Shown piece by piece: positions 6,123 through 8,254 of a DNA stretch of 8,254 nt. Location of the stretch: the IMG/VR virus record IMGVR_UViG_2663763413_000004. The stretch is one strand, 5' to 3'. Below the pieces are notes generated by a model. It saw nothing but the letters and a program-made list of their open reading frames with translations. It was not told the origin of the DNA and did not search any database. Source of the DNA: a virus. Lineage: Duplodnaviria; Heunggongvirae; Uroviricota; Caudoviricetes. Within the stretch, counting starts at the first letter, position 1. Each line of letters starts with the position of its first letter. The position numbers and the translations under genes are program-made.

Positions 6123-6407
6123 GGGGCGTGACCAGCCTCTCGGTGCTCAGATACTTAATGAAGTGGAGTGGCATTCAGGCAAGAGGTTAACATCACCTGT
6201 TCGCCATAACCAAGCACGTGCACAAAGTTTGTTATCAGTGAATTGTTTTGTGATTGGGTATTGTTGAGCTACTAGAGCAAGAATGCCAACATCCAGTGGC
6301 AGTGCCTATAGTAAAACTATAGCTCAGGGCGCTTCGTTCAAGATAGTTAATATCATATTAGTCACTTTACTTTCATACCATAGCACGGTTGAAAAAGTGA
6401 TTATTAC

Positions 6408-7934
6408 TCAAAAATAAATCTCACCATCAACCATATATTTAAGAGTACTTATCGCCTGCTGGGCGGATATTACTTTCATTAAAGGATAGTGTTTAAAAAC
6501 AATGCCATTCATAAAATAGATATCACAGGTTTTATTATCTGTATTAATTATAATTTTTTCGAATATTTTATAGGCAAGTGTACGACATAGCTCTCGCCCA
6601 TTTTTACTGGTTAAATCAATAGCATGAAAATCACCAAGTGAACTCACCCCTTTACTCTTCAAAGTTTTTAATGATACCGAAGCCCTTCGTAATTCCTTAT
6701 CTAATAGTCTTATTTTCTCTGCTATAGCGGTAACTTCAGGCGCGACAGACAATGCAACGATTAAATTATTAATTTTCATCTGAAGCTCAATAATTTTTAA
6801 CTCTAAAGTTTCATTAGCATCTTTCTTGTTTTCAACTGGTTGAATTTTGCTACAATTAAAAAGCAATTCATTAATGATATTATAATCAACCAAATCTCTT
6901 TTTATTGATGGTCTGTCACATCGATGTAATCTTCTCATCGGACAAACATAATAGCCATGCAAACTTCCAGATACCGCATGAACAATCATGGTATTACCAC
7001 AAGCCTCACACTTCATAACTGTTCGAAGTAGATTTATTAGCATAGGATTCTTGCTACTATTGCTAATACCAAAAGGTGCCAACCGAATTTCCTGTACAGC
7101 GTAAAACAAATCATCTGATATGACTCTGGGATAATAGCCAGCGATTTCACTTATCCCTTTCCCTCTTGCACGATATGAAGGTACGCATATACCTATCAGA
7201 GCTTTATTCGCTAATAATTTTTCAATTACAGAAGGTCCCCATGCACTTTCTTTTCCTGAGAAATTCTTTACAGCATGATCATTTAAATACTTGGCTATTG
7301 CATTCAATGAGCGCCTTTCCATCCTGAGTTTAAAAATTAGCTCAATAGTTTTCACCCTGTCGGGGTCTGGAACAAAAGCCGTTCTTTTGTCATCCAATGA
7401 GAGCCATCTCGGACAAGAAGCCGTCATAATCGTGCCTGACTCCAGTGCATCCTGCCGTTTTTTCTTCCATGATAATTTAACCCGACTTGACTTTATCTCG
7501 CTTTCTTCATTTGCCCTTTGTGCTATAAGTATGGCTTTTATTAATGAATATGGCTCATTCAATGAGTCAATATTATAGACTGTATTATCGCAAAGAGTTA
7601 TAACATCAATACCGTGATTCAAAATCAATTTCAGACGCTCAATCGCTTCACCGACTTTTTCTCTTGAAAGTCTGTCCAGACTTTCAACTAACAATGTAGT
7701 CCCTGGCAATATATAACCATGTTCTATAGCATCTAAAAATTCCGAAAAAGCTCCTGATTGTGCATGCTTTCCATTGAATGCGCTTAACCCCAAATCTTCA
7801 TACGTTACGGTATCAAGGTAATAATCACTATTTACCTTTAGCCATTCAGTAATAAGCCTTCTCTGGCGGTTTAATGAATCACCAGACATCTGACCTGGTG
7901 ATGAAAATCGCATATATGCTATGGCTTTTTTCAT
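6408..7934 (-). CDS. ybcK: large serine recombinase (508 aa; resolvase-type catalytic domain, recombinase domain, zinc ribbon, coiled coil)
   Basis: N-terminal AIAYMRFSSPGQ...SLNRQ and LLVESLDRLSRE match resolvase/invertase catalytic motifs (Arg-x-Ser nucleophile region). C-terminal CEAC...YYVCPMRRLHRC is a zinc-ribbon-like cysteine cluster, followed by a predicted coiled coil. AGGTG lies 5 nt upstream of the ATG. Length and locus agree with my recollection of DLP12 YbcK; the symbol is recall-based. Confidence 0.85.
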   Translation of the reverse strand: MKKAIAYMRFSSPGQMSGDSLNRQRRLITEWLKVNSDYYLDTVTYEDLGLSAFNGKHAQSGAFSEFLDAIEHGYILPGTTLLVESLDRLSREKVGEAIERLKLILNHGIDVITLCDNTVYNIDSLNEPYSLIKAILIAQRANEESEIKSSRVKLSWKKKRQDALESGTIMTASCPRWLSLDDKRTAFVPDPDRVKTIELIFKLRMERRSLNAIAKYLNDHAVKNFSGKESAWGPSVIEKLLANKALIGICVPSYRARGKGISEIAGYYPRVISDDLFYAVQEIRLAPFGISNSSKNPMLINLLRTVMKCEACGNTMIVHAVSGSLHGYYVCPMRRLHRCDRPSIKRDLVDYNIINELLFNCSKIQPVENKKDANETLELKIIELQMKINNLIVALSVAPEVTAIAEKIRLLDKELRRASVSLKTLKSKGVSSLGDFHAIDLTSKNGRELCRTLAYKIFEKIIINTDNKTCDIYFMNGIVFKHYPLMKVISAQQAISTLKYMVDGEIYF

Positions 7935-8168
7935 GGTGACACCTGCTAAAGTATGCTTTTATAAACCTTAGTGGTGAGATATGATTTTTGTTTAATTTTT
8001 ATTTAAAAAGACAATTAAGGTCACATTATCTTGAATATACAACAATAATCGCATTGCAATTTTCTTACACCATAATCTTGAAAGCACAAAAGAATGAATA
8101 AAAACTAAAGACATTAACAAAAAGCATAAAACGAGGCCCATATAAATATACGAGCCTCCATATTTTAG

Positions 8169-8195
8169 TCGTTTAAAAACAAATTATTTTTAATG
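8169..8195. repeat. direct repeat copy 2 (pairs with 6096..6122)
   Basis: tcgtttaaaaacaaattatttttaatg, about 235 bp upstream of the recombinase start. Confidence 0.45.
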
Positions 8196-8254
8196 TGGTG
8201 TGCTTCGTGACAATAAATTAATAACCAACACACCGGCACAAATCAACATCATGC

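Noticed and set aside
6123-6400. Possible tRNA or tmRNA integration target next to the recombinase
   Set aside because: No T-arm (GGTTCGAATCC-like) or CCA-end signature and no cloverleaf could be built by eye. A tRNA-scanning tool would settle it.
6283-6417. 44-aa plus-strand ORF (MPTSSGSAYSKTIAQGASFKIVNIILVTLLSYHSTVEKVIITQK)
   Set aside because: No ribosome-binding site, and it overlaps the 3' end of the recombinase on the other strand. Could be a small membrane peptide but there is no supporting signal.
7291-7578. 95-aa ORF on the plus strand
   Set aside because: Antisense within the serine recombinase gene.
8133-8157. Weak hairpin GAGGC...GCCTC upstream of the recombinase
   Set aside because: Only a 5-bp stem with a 15-nt loop; not convincing as a terminator or operator.
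1-8254. CRISPR array or rRNA genes
   Set aside because: No regularly spaced repeats with unique spacers and no stretch resembling rRNA were seen.

Overview
The window reads as the late-control and lysis arm of a DLP12-like defective lambdoid prophage (E. coli/Shigella type), in reversed orientation, followed by a low-GC cargo segment. Left to right: (-) a frameshifted R21/RrrD-type SAR endolysin, (-) an intact S21/EssD-type pinholin, (+) an NmpC/OmpD/Lc-family porin carrying a perfect in-frame 30-bp tandem duplication, (-) a phage-82-type Q antiterminator, then (-) the overlapping chain ylcG, rusA (frameshifted), ybcO, ninE, ybcN, ylcH. Beyond an AT-rich junction lie (+) an alpha/beta-hydrolase esterase and (-) a 508-aa large serine recombinase bracketed by a ~27-bp imperfect direct repeat. 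No CRISPR array, tRNA or rRNA was seen. All protein identifications rest on recalled family sequences and motifs read by eye; no searches were run. The points most worth a second look are three perfect short tandem duplications within 3.5 kb, the esterase whose signal-peptide-like leader is cut off from its ATG by an immediate stop, and the repeat-flanked recombinase.
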